From an uncultured Gammaproteobacteria bacterium (GTDB lineage Bacteria > Patescibacteriota > Microgenomatia > CAYXHB01 > CAZYTL01), in NCBI GenBank assembly GCA_964650355.1, contig CAZYTL010000006.1, positions 11,019-75,018 of the forward strand: a stretch of 64,000 nucleotides of DNA. Direction: 5' to 3'. A program made the position numbers and the translations under genes. Numbering within the stretch: position 1 is the stretch's first letter; each line of letters starts with the position of its first letter. Below are positions 16,502 to 25,764 of the stretch, one piece after another. The notes beneath the pieces are model-generated. The model searched no databases. It worked only from the letters and a program-made list of their open reading frames with translations, and was not told the DNA's origin.

Positions 16502-17047
16502 CTACTTGATATAGAGATGCACCTCTCCCCTACTCTGTTGAGGCTGCCAATGAGGAAATTTAAAATAATTAGAGATGACGCGAGCGCCGGGTTTAAGTTC
16601 TTTTTGAAGTTTAGTTTCCAATTTTTTCATGATGTAAGTGGTACCGTAGACCGTAATGAGATCGTAAGAAGATAAATCTATAAGCCAGTAATTTTTAAAA
16701 TAAATAGTTGCTCGATCTGACACTCCGGCTTTAGCGATCTTTCTCCTGGCCTGCCAAACTAAGACGGGGTTAATTTCATAACCGTGAGCAGTGGCACCGG
16801 TTTTAGCCAAGGCAAGGACTACCCGACCATCACCTGACCCTAAATCAGCCGCCTTATCCCCTTTCTTGATCCGAGCCAGTTTGATCATTTGTTTCAGTTT
16901 TTGTCGCTTTGAACCTACGTATGGTGCACCAAAGAGCATAATTCCGCCAAAAATTAGGGTAAGTATGAGCCAGGCAACTACGGCGATTAAGACAAAGACC
17001 AGCAAGATGGAGATAATGATTAATAACCAATACATAAAAGGGGACAA
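16502..17047 (-). CDS. class I SAM-dependent methyltransferase with N-terminal TM helix
   Basis: Motif I (DLGSGDGRVVLALA) and downstream methyltransferase motifs. N-terminal hydrophobic segment. Confidence 0.65.
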   Translation of the reverse strand: MSPFMYWLLIIISILLVFVLIAVVAWLILTLIFGGIMLFGAPYVGSKRQKLKQMIKLARIKKGDKAADLGSGDGRVVLALAKTGATAHGYEINPVLVWQARRKIAKAGVSDRATIYFKNYWLIDLSSYDLITVYGTTYIMKKLETKLQKELKPGARVISNYFKFPHWQPQQSRGEVHLYIK

Positions 17048-17071
17048 TTAAGTCTAGAGAACAGACTGACT

Positions 17072-17860
17072 TTAATTGGCAGAATTATAATACTTTAGCG
17101 CTCGATGCCAGGTGAGATGAGCCAAGAACATGGTTACACAGGCGGCAAAAGGTACGACAAGCCAGAGCACGATAGGGGAGCGACGCATTAAAGTGAATAC
17201 AGGAATGGTGGTGATGATAATAGTAGGGAAGAGGACAGTGGCAAGGAGTTTGGCTAGACCGGAATAGACAGTGCTGGGGTATTGACCGTAAACCCAAGTG
17301 ATATTGAGTACGTTATTAGTAAAGCCGGACTTTTCACCATGCGGGGCAATCAGGAACAGATAAGTAAACCAGATGCCATAGAGTAATAAACTACTAATGG
17401 GAACGGCGATGAGCAAGAAAAGCAGAAGAGCTAAAGAACTTAAGACATTTAATTGATTAAAGAAGTAAAATGAGGCGATGAATCCGCCGATCAAGTCGGT
17501 GAAGGCAAACAAATTAGGTTTGTAAGTAGAAACTAACCAAAGATGATTCAGAGGTTTGATGAGCATGAAATCCATTTGATTGGTATTAAAAGCCTGATAA
17601 GCGATGAAATTAATATTGATCGAGCAAACAATCCAATACAGTCCTTTGACCGCGTGAAAGAAACTTAAAAAGGCCAGAAGTTCCGTTCTGGAATATTGAA
17701 GATTAAATCCGGTGATAATCACGTCCAGAAAAATATAACTGAGCAGGATATAAGCGGAGTGGGCGAGGAAGGAGAATAAAGCCCACAGAGGCTTGTAGGC
17801 CAGTTGATCCTGGACGGCAATATTGAGAAATTTGAGGTAGAGTTTAAGGTATTTGGTCAT
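17072..17860 (-). CDS. ABC-2 family transporter permease-like membrane protein
   Basis: Six hydrophobic segments. Composition and length resemble ABC-2 type permeases. Paralogous to 20318-21097. Confidence 0.45.
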   Translation of the reverse strand: MTKYLKLYLKFLNIAVQDQLAYKPLWALFSFLAHSAYILLSYIFLDVIITGFNLQYSRTELLAFLSFFHAVKGLYWIVCSININFIAYQAFNTNQMDFMLIKPLNHLWLVSTYKPNLFAFTDLIGGFIASFYFFNQLNVLSSLALLLFLLIAVPISSLLLYGIWFTYLFLIAPHGEKSGFTNNVLNITWVYGQYPSTVYSGLAKLLATVLFPTIIITTIPVFTLMRRSPIVLWLVVPFAACVTMFLAHLTWHRALKYYNSAN

Positions 17861-17886
17861 AAATTTTAAATTCGAAATTGGAGCGA

Positions 17887-18669
17887 TTACCCTCCTACTG
17901 CTTCATAAAGATAAAGCACTCGATTCCAGATATAACGACTAATGATGCTTAAAATGGCCAACCAAACAATTCCGTTAAGGAATACCGGGAGAAAGGTGAC
18001 GTTTTGATTAAATACGGCTTCAATAGGCACGGACACGATCCACCGAGTAGGTAAGATTCTGACCAGCCATTGATAATTGTCGGGTAAAAGCCATAAAGGG
18101 AGTTGAGCGCCAATTAAAAAGGGGAGCAAGATGTCAAATATTAAATATAGTGAATTAGGCCTGATCCACACAAAGGCAATACATCCAAGCAAAAAGCTGA
18201 TCAGCAACGAGATCGTCCAACCGATCACCACTAAAGGTAAGGCCATGATAATTTGGCTGAAGTTTAGAGGGAGTTGCAGCACAGTACCAAATTGCCAGCT
18301 GAGTAAATACAAAGCAATTAAATTAACAAATAAGTTAATCAGGCCGCTAGCCAAAATGTTGCATATGGTTATGCCTATATAGGGGAAAGGCTGGAGCAAA
18401 TATTGGGATAGTTCTCCCCGATGAATATCATGAGCCATGCGATGATAAAAACGCTCGCTAGCGAAGCCGCTAATGATGCCAGCAAGCACATAAAACTGCC
18501 ATAAATGTTGGAAAACATCCTGCGGGCGGAAGGCTTTCCACACGCTAAGGGTAAAAAGTAGAGAGATAAAATCTGAAGTTAGCCAAAGGATCAGGTCGGT
18601 GCGATGTTCAAAGATGATACTGAGACGCAATTGAAACGTGAGCCAGCCGACTCTGAAAAACCTAACCAT
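17887..18669 (-). CDS. ABC-2 family transporter permease-like membrane protein
   Basis: Polytopic membrane protein adjacent to 17072-17860. Paralogous to 21145-21996. Confidence 0.45.
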   Translation of the reverse strand: MVRFFRVGWLTFQLRLSIIFEHRTDLILWLTSDFISLLFTLSVWKAFRPQDVFQHLWQFYVLAGIISGFASERFYHRMAHDIHRGELSQYLLQPFPYIGITICNILASGLINLFVNLIALYLLSWQFGTVLQLPLNFSQIIMALPLVVIGWTISLLISFLLGCIAFVWIRPNSLYLIFDILLPFLIGAQLPLWLLPDNYQWLVRILPTRWIVSVPIEAVFNQNVTFLPVFLNGIVWLAILSIISRYIWNRVLYLYEAVGG

Positions 18670-18731
18670 TAGTTAGCAGTATAGCAAATTCACCCGTTTA
18701 TAAATTTCCAGAGCGATGATATACTTAATTT

Positions 18732-18995
18732 ATGGCAACGCAAAAAGAAAAGATAGAAAAAAAGCAACTAGAAGTAAAGGCTGACACCTTTACGGGTAGC
18801 CTATACTCCCAATTTGTGGGCGTAACAGTTACTGATTTAGACATTACCCTGGAGTTTGTATTTATCAATACCCGAACAGGGAAACACGGTGAGGTGGTTT
18901 CAAGAGTTACTTTGCCCAGACAAGCGGGTGAAGGATTAGCGAAAGTAATCATGGAGTTAATTGAAAAACATGACGCGCGTAAAAAGGAGGTATAA
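18732..18995 (+). CDS. DUF3467 family protein
   Basis: LYSQFVGVTVTDLDITLEFVFIN...VSRVTLPRQAGEGLAKVIMELIEKH matches the DUF3467 pattern. AGGAGG SD precedes the next gene. Confidence 0.5.
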   Translation: MATQKEKIEKKQLEVKADTFTGSLYSQFVGVTVTDLDITLEFVFINTRTGKHGEVVSRVTLPRQAGEGLAKVIMELIEKHDARKKEV

Positions 18996-18997
18996 AA

Positions 18998-19252
18998 ATG
19001 ACCTACACAATTCCTTATGAGGAGCTGATTGAAAGCACTCAAGAAAATTACAATTTAATAGATCAATTTCCATATTCAGCTAAGGTTGGTTATGTGAGTG
19101 CTATGCCTAATGATAAATACTCATTTATGGAAACCTTTACTTTTCCAGATTTGAACCAAATAGAACATTCTTTGACAGCCTCCGGCAAATATTCGAAAAA
19201 ACTGGTACGGGAAATTATTTCTGGTCTAAAAACCCTTCCGGAATATGATTAG
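18998..19252 (+). CDS. hypothetical protein (possible antitoxin partner of the downstream RelE-like toxin)
   Basis: 84-aa ORF located 18 nt upstream of a RelE/ParE-like toxin gene. No recognised fold. Confidence 0.35.
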   Translation: MTYTIPYEELIESTQENYNLIDQFPYSAKVGYVSAMPNDKYSFMETFTFPDLNQIEHSLTASGKYSKKLVREIISGLKTLPEYD

Positions 19253-19270
19253 GCCAAAGGCCTACATGAG

Positions 19271-19522
19271 ATGAATAACATTACAGCCAATGTTGAAATT
19301 ACAAATAATGCTAGACAGAAAGCCAGAAAATTCAACTTGAAAAAGAAGTTTAACAAGCAAGTTGGTTTTCTGGAGTCTAATCCGAGACATAACTCTCTAA
19401 ACTTCAAGCCCTTGGAATCAGCCCATGGCATATGGAGATTTAGGATCGATAAGCACTTCTGGGGCCTAGTGATAAAGACTTCAAATGGTTTAAGAGTATA
19501 CGATGTGATTAAACATCCTTGA
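19271..19522 (+). CDS. type II toxin-antitoxin toxin, RelE/ParE (StbE) family
   Basis: NPRHNSLNFKPLESAHGIWRFRIDKHFWGLVIKTSNGLRVYDVIKH matches the RelE/ParE pattern NPxxG..LkG...g.wr.RiGdyRiiY.i.dd...v..igHRkdvY. Confidence 0.6.
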   Translation: MNNITANVEITNNARQKARKFNLKKKFNKQVGFLESNPRHNSLNFKPLESAHGIWRFRIDKHFWGLVIKTSNGLRVYDVIKHP

Positions 19523-19547
19523 GACGAGGTCCCGTTACTGTTAATAA

Positions 19548-20303
19548 TCAATAAATTCGTTGATTTAATTGATAGAGTAGGGAAGTGAAGAAGAGTAAGT
19601 TGAGACAATGCTTCTTAAGTAGTCGCTGAGCTTCTTGGTAGCGAAGTTGAAGGTGATATTTTTGACTTAGGTTAAGGACTTGGCGGGCAGATTTCTGGGC
19701 CAGGGAATGGTTATTAGTGGCTAGATAATATTCGGCCAAGGTAAGTTGGGCATGGGTGAGCCAGATGTGGAGATACAATGAGTCTGACTGGTGTTGGGAT
19801 TCCCGGGTTAAAGTTTTGACGGCTTGGCGCAGTTCTTTTAAAGCCAAGGAGGATCGCTGTTGATTGGTATGTACTCCCCCTAAATAGCTTAAGGCATAAG
19901 CTGCCAAGGCCTGATTCTGCTGTTGCTGCGCCAAGCTTAGTGCTTGTTTGAACTTAGATTCGGCTAAAGAAAGGTTTTTTAAATCTTTGGCTGCCTGTCC
20001 GCAGTGAAGGATGGAGGAAACCTGACCTTCGCCAGTAGAATTAATCGAAGCCTTATCAAACAAGAAGTAGGCGATTTTTATTAAGAAGGTCTGTTGCCAA
20101 TGATGTTTATGATAGTTTTTAAAAGCAATTCCCAGGTGCCCGTAAGCGCCAGCCAACCCTTCCCGGTCACGGATCAGGGAATAGTAAATAATGCCGACCA
20201 GGAATACGGGCATGGACAAAAGCAGGCCCCAGTCTTTTTCTCTAATGGTTTCCCCGGTCAAAAGAAGTTTTCTTTGTTCGTGGGAAGTTAGTTTTTTAGT
20301 CAT
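19548..20303 (-). CDS. TPR-like helical repeat protein
   Basis: Helical repeat composition (AAYALSYLGGVHTNQQRSSLALKELRQAVK...). Positional paralog of 15507-16382. Confidence 0.45.
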   Translation of the reverse strand: MTKKLTSHEQRKLLLTGETIREKDWGLLLSMPVFLVGIIYYSLIRDREGLAGAYGHLGIAFKNYHKHHWQQTFLIKIAYFLFDKASINSTGEGQVSSILHCGQAAKDLKNLSLAESKFKQALSLAQQQQNQALAAYALSYLGGVHTNQQRSSLALKELRQAVKTLTRESQHQSDSLYLHIWLTHAQLTLAEYYLATNNHSLAQKSARQVLNLSQKYHLQLRYQEAQRLLKKHCLNLLFFTSLLYQLNQRIY

Positions 20304-20317
20304 AATTAATGGGACCG

Positions 20318-21097
20318 TTAGCTGCTGGCTGAGGCATATTGGGTAACGGCATAGCGCCAGTATTTAAGACTTAACAAGAGGGCGGCTAAGCCGATGAACA
20401 AAGAGCCAACAATCACATCCGGATGTGTGAGACCCAGGAGGGCTTTGGCAGGAATGGTCATCATGATACCCACGGGAATGACGGTGGTAAAGATGAGATT
20501 GATGGGCCAGCGGTACACGTCAATGGGGATTTTGCCTAAAGAGGTGACGTCACGGTAAATCATGACAGCGTGATCTACCTCAGTGGTAGTAATGCCCAGG
20601 CCGAGGACAAAGATGTGAAAGGCGGTGGCTAGAGTAAGTGCGTTGACGAGTAGTAAGAGAAAGATACCCAAATTCAACCAGGAAGTAGTTACCTGAGGGA
20701 TGATCCAGAGGGTGACGCCTATCAACGGGAGGAGGACGCTAAAGTCAAGGATGTCAATGCCACCGAGAAGGGAGCGGGCCAGGGCATTAAAAGGTTTAAG
20801 AAAGTAGTAGTCAAGTTCGCCGTTAACCACCCGAGAGCGGAAGCGGTACACATCGCGGAAGAGAAACTGGGAGCCGGTATCCACTAAGTTAAAGACCAGA
20901 AAGAAGAAGATGGTTTGGGTGACAGTATAGCCGGATAGGGTCTGAGTACGGGAAACCAGCAGATAAAGGAAGTAGATAAAGGTAATGATACGGGCCACTT
21001 TGCCAAAGATAAAGAGTACGGCGCCGTAACGGGAATAGAGAGCGCCGGAAATGGCTTGGGAATTGATGATCCAGAGGATTTTGAGATTACGGGACAT
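20318..21097 (-). CDS. ABC-2 family transporter permease-like membrane protein
   Basis: Polytopic membrane protein. Paralog of 17072-17860. Confidence 0.45.
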   Translation of the reverse strand: MSRNLKILWIINSQAISGALYSRYGAVLFIFGKVARIITFIYFLYLLVSRTQTLSGYTVTQTIFFFLVFNLVDTGSQFLFRDVYRFRSRVVNGELDYYFLKPFNALARSLLGGIDILDFSVLLPLIGVTLWIIPQVTTSWLNLGIFLLLLVNALTLATAFHIFVLGLGITTTEVDHAVMIYRDVTSLGKIPIDVYRWPINLIFTTVIPVGIMMTIPAKALLGLTHPDVIVGSLFIGLAALLLSLKYWRYAVTQYASASS

Positions 21098-21144
21098 AAG
21101 TTAAATTTCTAATCCGCCAGTTGGCGGACTAATTACTAAGGTAT

Positions 21145-21996
21145 TTACCTCCCGGCAGCTTCGTAGCGGCGGAGACCTAAATGCCAGACGATTTGCTGGC
21201 TAAGATAGGCGATGATCAACCAGGCGCTACCGACCAGGAGGCCGATGGCCACGTCGACCAATGGTAACTGTCCTAAATAGACTTTCATGGGGAAAAAGAG
21301 GATGTAAGGAAAAGGTAAATAGAGCAGGAATTTGGCAAAAAAAGCCGGCAGGATGTCGATAGGGAACAGGCCGCCGGCCAGAAAGTCCAACAGGATCCCA
21401 AACACGAATCTGGGGGCCCACCAGTCTTCGACTAACCAAAAGGCGGTAGAGCTAATGAGCAGATTGGCAAAAAAGTAGAGGGAGAGGGCAATGAGAATGC
21501 TAACGAAGGTGGCTAAAAGGTAAAGGGGATGGGTTTGGAAAGTTAAAGGCGGGCGAAAAAGCCAGACAATGGCTAGTACTTCCACGGAAGAGAAACCTAC
21601 GTTGATTAGTTTATCGCTGAGATCTTTGACAAATACATAGCGTAGATAACTAATAGGTTTGAGGAGCGTGTTGGTGAGGTTGCCGGTGACGATTTCTGCG
21701 CCCACGCCTTCACTCAGGTGGGCTGCTAAAATGTAAGACCTGATCAAGGAAATACCCAGAACATAAGTCATGATTTGGGCATGGGAATAGCCAAAGATAG
21801 TGGTGTGGTGTTGATAAACAGTGGTCCAAAGGAAAAAGAGGATGGCTAACTGGAGAACGGCCCGCACCCGCCAGAGGAAGAAGTTGAGCCGGTAAACCAA
21901 GTATTCTTGGAGAGTGGCTTGGATGAGCAGCCAGTACTTGCGCATAAGACAATGATCAACCAAATAGACTAATGACCAATGCATTAATTTTAGCAA
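21145..21996 (-). CDS. ABC-2 family transporter permease-like membrane protein
   Basis: LQEYLVYRLNFFLWRVRAVLQLAILFFLWTTVY is typical of ABC-2 permeases. Paralog of 17887-18669. Confidence 0.5.
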   Translation of the reverse strand: MLKLMHWSLVYLVDHCLMRKYWLLIQATLQEYLVYRLNFFLWRVRAVLQLAILFFLWTTVYQHHTTIFGYSHAQIMTYVLGISLIRSYILAAHLSEGVGAEIVTGNLTNTLLKPISYLRYVFVKDLSDKLINVGFSSVEVLAIVWLFRPPLTFQTHPLYLLATFVSILIALSLYFFANLLISSTAFWLVEDWWAPRFVFGILLDFLAGGLFPIDILPAFFAKFLLYLPFPYILFFPMKVYLGQLPLVDVAIGLLVGSAWLIIAYLSQQIVWHLGLRRYEAAGR

Positions 21997-22020
21997 ATAT
22001 TGAAAGGAGACGAAGGAGGT

Positions 22021-23016
22021 TTATATGCTAGTTGGTTTATTGGGGTGTTTGCGCTGCCACCAGCGGCGGCCAAAGATGAAGAGGAGAAGAGCTGGCACCC
22101 AGATGACAGCATAGACGGCCAGCCAAATGGCTTTAGCGGCCAGGTTTTGCAGGGTCTGTAAGAGAGAGCGGACTGCCAGTTTGAATACCACCGCAGGGCG
22201 GAAGGTTTCGGAAGGCGTGTAGGGCAAGGCGAGTTCGTCAGTAGACAGGTAGATGGTGAGTTTGGCCAGCTTGGCGGTTTGTTCCAGGTATTGTTGGCGG
22301 CCAATAAGGTTGTCGATCTGATCCTGAAGGTTAAGCACTTCTCTTTGCGCTTGAAGGATTTGGTCAAAGTTGGTGGCTTGATCCAGAAGTTGCTCAAATT
22401 TAGCCTGGGTTTTGCGCAGGCGGGAGATTCTGGTTTCCAGGTCCTGATACTGATCAGTCACGTCATGGCCGTAAAGGTTTTCAGAGGAGACTTTGATGGA
22501 TAGGGAGCGATAGTATTCTAAGGTTTGGTCTAAGGTCTCTGAAGGCACCCTAACTACCACGGTGGCAAAGGGGGCGTCTTCCGGTTGGTTGAGGGTGCTG
22601 GAAACCATATAACCGCCGGATTGAGAAGCGTAGGTGATGATTTGGTTGACTGTTTGTCTGACATTGTTAACGACCAAAGACAAATAGGACTCCTGGACGA
22701 CCATCCGGTTGGAAACGTCCGTGGTGGGAGGGGCTTCGGCTGGAGCAGGAACACGAGGAAGGGAAAGGCCTGAAGTTTTGGCGTTTGTAGGCATGCTTAA
22801 GCCGGCTGATTCGCCCATGGCCATGTCGCTGGTGTAGGAGGGGAACGTTGCCTGGCGGGAAAGATTAGAAACGGAAATGCCGAAGAAAGAGTTAATGAAG
22901 GAACGGCCAAATAAAAAGACAATCACCAAAATTAAGAAGCTGGCCAGTTTGTTACGCTTGATCCAAGAGATGATACTCATTAAGTTTAATTTAGGCGAAA
23001 AGGAGGGGTAAGTCAA
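22021..23016 (-). CDS. DUF4349 domain protein (TM - coiled coil - TM)
   Basis: N-terminal TM segment, central DVTDQYQDLETRISRLRKTQAKFEQLL coiled-coil region, and a C-terminal TM segment. Confidence 0.5.
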   Translation of the reverse strand: MTYPSFSPKLNLMSIISWIKRNKLASFLILVIVFLFGRSFINSFFGISVSNLSRQATFPSYTSDMAMGESAGLSMPTNAKTSGLSLPRVPAPAEAPPTTDVSNRMVVQESYLSLVVNNVRQTVNQIITYASQSGGYMVSSTLNQPEDAPFATVVVRVPSETLDQTLEYYRSLSIKVSSENLYGHDVTDQYQDLETRISRLRKTQAKFEQLLDQATNFDQILQAQREVLNLQDQIDNLIGRQQYLEQTAKLAKLTIYLSTDELALPYTPSETFRPAVVFKLAVRSLLQTLQNLAAKAIWLAVYAVIWVPALLLFIFGRRWWQRKHPNKPTSI

Positions 23017-23058
23017 GTAGAGAGAGATAGGCTTTTAGAGGCGGGTTAAGTTAATTGA

Positions 23059-25059
23059 TTGCGAAGATTATATTGTAAAACGGATGATAAATGGCTAATG
23101 AAAAGTGGTGTCCTAACCGCATATAATAGAGATATGAAACTGGAGGAATTGGAACAGTTAAGTAAGTTGATGCGCTATTGGGTGTTGAAGATGACTACTG
23201 AATCCGGGTCCGGACACCCGACCAGTTGTTTATCTAGCGTGGAATTGATGATAGGGTTGATGTTCGGGGGTTTCTTTAGATTCAAGATTCAAGATTCAAG
23301 ATTCGAGAATAATGACAGGTTGATTTTTTCCAAGGGACATGCGGCGCCGTTGTTGTATGCCTTGTGGGCCGGAGCGAAGGATAGCTCGATTACAGAACAG
23401 GATTTAATGAGTCTAAGAAAATTTGACAGTCCGTTGGAAGGGCATCCCACGCGGCGGTTTGCTTATACCGAAGTGGCCACCGGATCCTTGGGGCAAGGTT
23501 TGTCTGTGGGAGTAGGCATGGCTTTGAATGCCAAGCTGAACAAGTTACCTTACCGCACCTTTGTGTTGCTGGGGGACAGCGAGATGGCGGAAGGGTCGAA
23601 TTGGGAAGCGATTCAACTGGCTAAACATTACAAATTAGACAATTTGATGGGGATCATTGACGTGAACCGCCTGGGCCAGAGAGGACAAACCATGTACGGG
23701 CACGATGTGGTGGCTTACAAACGGAGGTTAAAAGGGTTTGGCTGGCAAACGTACACGGTTGACGGGCATGACCTGGAGCAGATTTTAAGTGTTTATAAGC
23801 AGGCGATGAAGATTAAAGGTCGGCCGGTGATGGTGATTGCGAAGACGGTTAAGGGCAAGGGAGTGTCATTTTTGGAAGATAAGAACGGTTGGCACGGCAA
23901 AGCGCTGTCAAAAACAGAATTGGATCAGGCGATGAAGGAATTGGGTGAAGTGAATACGGAAATCAGAGGAATATTGATGAAGCCCGAAGAAGTTGAACAG
24001 TCCAAGAAGCAAAAAAAGGCGGTAGTTGAGGTGGATGATGATTATGGTCAGCCTCTGGCTACCCGGAAGGCTTACGGGCACGCGCTGGTAAAACTGGCTC
24101 CGGCTTACCCCCAAATGGTGGTACTGGACGCGGAAGTGAGCAATTCAACTTACAGTCAGGAGTTTAAGCAGGCTTATCCGCAACGATTTTTGGAGATGTT
24201 TATTGCCGAACAAAACATGGTAGGTACAGCAGTGGGTTTGGCTTTGCGAGGCAAGATTCCCATGGTGTCCACGTTCGCAGCGTTTTTTACCAGGGCGGTG
24301 GATCAGATCCGGGTGGCCCAATATTCTGAAGTAAACGTGAATTTTGTGGGGTCACACGGTGGAGTGTCGATAGGGGAAGACGGGCCTACCCAGATGGGAT
24401 TGGAGGATTTGTCTATTTTCAGGTCTATCCTGGGGAGCACGGTGTTGTACGCAGCGGATCATGTATCTGAAGAGCAGCTGGTGAAGGCAATGATTGAGCA
24501 GCCGGGAATTTGTTATATGCGCACCACCAGGATGGATACGCCGTCTTTGTATCAGCCGGATGAGGAATTTAAGATCGGAGGCAGCATGGTAGTGAAACAA
24601 AGCAAAGAAGACCAGGTGACGGTGATGGGGGCGGGGGTGACGTTGTATGAGGCTTTGAAGGCTTACGAGGAGTTGCTAAAGGAAGGGATCAAGGTGCGGG
24701 TGATTGATTTGTATTCGATCAAGCCTTTGGACGTGGAAACCTTGAAGAAGGCGGCTGAAGAGACCAAAGCTATGATCACGGTTGAAGATCACTTTGCTGA
24801 GGGAGGAATGGGAGAGGCGGTGGCGAGTGGGTTACGTCATCCTGGAGGGACTCCGATGTTACAGCGGAGGACCGATAGGATCTCATCCCAAGGGGATTCT
24901 ATCGCTTCGCTCCAGAATGACGGACGTTATCCGATTTACTCCCTGGCGGTGCGCAAGATGCCAAGAAGCGGCAAACCGGAAGAGTTATTAGCTTATGAAG
25001 AGATCGACTCTGGAGCGATTGTGAAGAAGGTAAAGGAGATAATAAAGAGTGAGATTTAA
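23059..25059 (+). CDS. tkt: transketolase, single-chain fusion of the short-form N- and C-terminal subunits
   Basis: - TPP-binding N-terminal domain (SGHPTSCLSSVELM...FSKGHAAPLLYA...GSLGQGLSVGVGMA).
- C-terminal domain (VEDHFAEGGMGEAVAS...SGKPEELL).
- A more likely start is the ATG at 23134 (MKLEELEQ).
- It contains an (AGATTCA)3 microsatellite and an in-frame family-A repeat copy. Confidence 0.85.
   Translation: MRRLYCKTDDKWLMKSGVLTAYNRDMKLEELEQLSKLMRYWVLKMTTESGSGHPTSCLSSVELMIGLMFGGFFRFKIQDSRFENNDRLIFSKGHAAPLLYALWAGAKDSSITEQDLMSLRKFDSPLEGHPTRRFAYTEVATGSLGQGLSVGVGMALNAKLNKLPYRTFVLLGDSEMAEGSNWEAIQLAKHYKLDNLMGIIDVNRLGQRGQTMYGHDVVAYKRRLKGFGWQTYTVDGHDLEQILSVYKQAMKIKGRPVMVIAKTVKGKGVSFLEDKNGWHGKALSKTELDQAMKELGEVNTEIRGILMKPEEVEQSKKQKKAVVEVDDDYGQPLATRKAYGHALVKLAPAYPQMVVLDAEVSNSTYSQEFKQAYPQRFLEMFIAEQNMVGTAVGLALRGKIPMVSTFAAFFTRAVDQIRVAQYSEVNVNFVGSHGGVSIGEDGPTQMGLEDLSIFRSILGSTVLYAADHVSEEQLVKAMIEQPGICYMRTTRMDTPSLYQPDEEFKIGGSMVVKQSKEDQVTVMGAGVTLYEALKAYEELLKEGIKVRVIDLYSIKPLDVETLKKAAEETKAMITVEDHFAEGGMGEAVASGLRHPGGTPMLQRRTDRISSQGDSIASLQNDGRYPIYSLAVRKMPRSGKPEELLAYEEIDSGAIVKKVKEIIKSEI
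24870..24925. repeat. dispersed repeat family A copy inside the tkt coding sequence (CGATAGGATC...GGGGATTCTATCGCTTCGCTCCAGAATGACGG)
   Basis: Read directly from the sequence. It is in frame and encodes ...DRISSQGDSIASLQNDGR... within an unusually long linker before the conserved C-terminal SGKPEEL motif. Confidence 0.55.
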
Positions 25060-25070
25060 TTATCAGTGTT

Positions 25071-25739
25071 TTGGTACTTTTTATGAATGAATTTGAGGTT
25101 AAACTTGAGCAAAGGTTAAAAGACATGTTTGCTAATGAATCAAGCGGACATGATCCGAATCATTTAAAGCGGGTTTATAATCTGGCTACTCGCATTCAAG
25201 ATCAAGAAGGTGGTGATCGACTGGTAATCGGAGCTGCTGCCTTTTTGCATGATTTACATAGATTAATGGGAAAGGATCGGGGTAAGTATTGTGACCCCAA
25301 GGAGTCTCTGCCTTTGGTGGAAAAACTGTTGAAGGAGGTAGAATTTCCGGCTACCAAAATTCCTCCGGTTCTACACTGCGTCGAATTTCATGAAGAGTAT
25401 GCCTTTTCAGATCAAGGCAAAACAGTAACTGACCTGGAAACTTTGATCATTCAGGACGCGGATAATTTAGACGCCATAGGAGCAATTGGAATCGGGAGAA
25501 CTTTTACTTTTGGCGGAGCGCATGGGGTGCCCATGTGGGTACCAGAGAGACCCTTTGACAGAGATACTTATGATGAGGCGGTGGGCGATCCTTCGACGAT
25601 CCATCATTTTTATAGCAAATTATTAAAATTAAAAGACAATATGAATACTGAAACAGGTAAACGGATGGCTGAAGCCAGGCATGAATTTATGGAATTATTT
25701 TTGGATCACTTTTTTAAAGAGTGGAAAGGTGAATTATAA
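25071..25739 (+). CDS. HD-domain phosphohydrolase
   Basis: H..R and HDxxR motifs (AFLHDLHRL) and DADNLDAIGAIGIGR. Confidence 0.7.
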   Translation: MVLFMNEFEVKLEQRLKDMFANESSGHDPNHLKRVYNLATRIQDQEGGDRLVIGAAAFLHDLHRLMGKDRGKYCDPKESLPLVEKLLKEVEFPATKIPPVLHCVEFHEEYAFSDQGKTVTDLETLIIQDADNLDAIGAIGIGRTFTFGGAHGVPMWVPERPFDRDTYDEAVGDPSTIHHFYSKLLKLKDNMNTETGKRMAEARHEFMELFLDHFFKEWKGEL

Positions 25740-25764
25740 TTCGTAGGGATAGAGGAAGTAGTTA

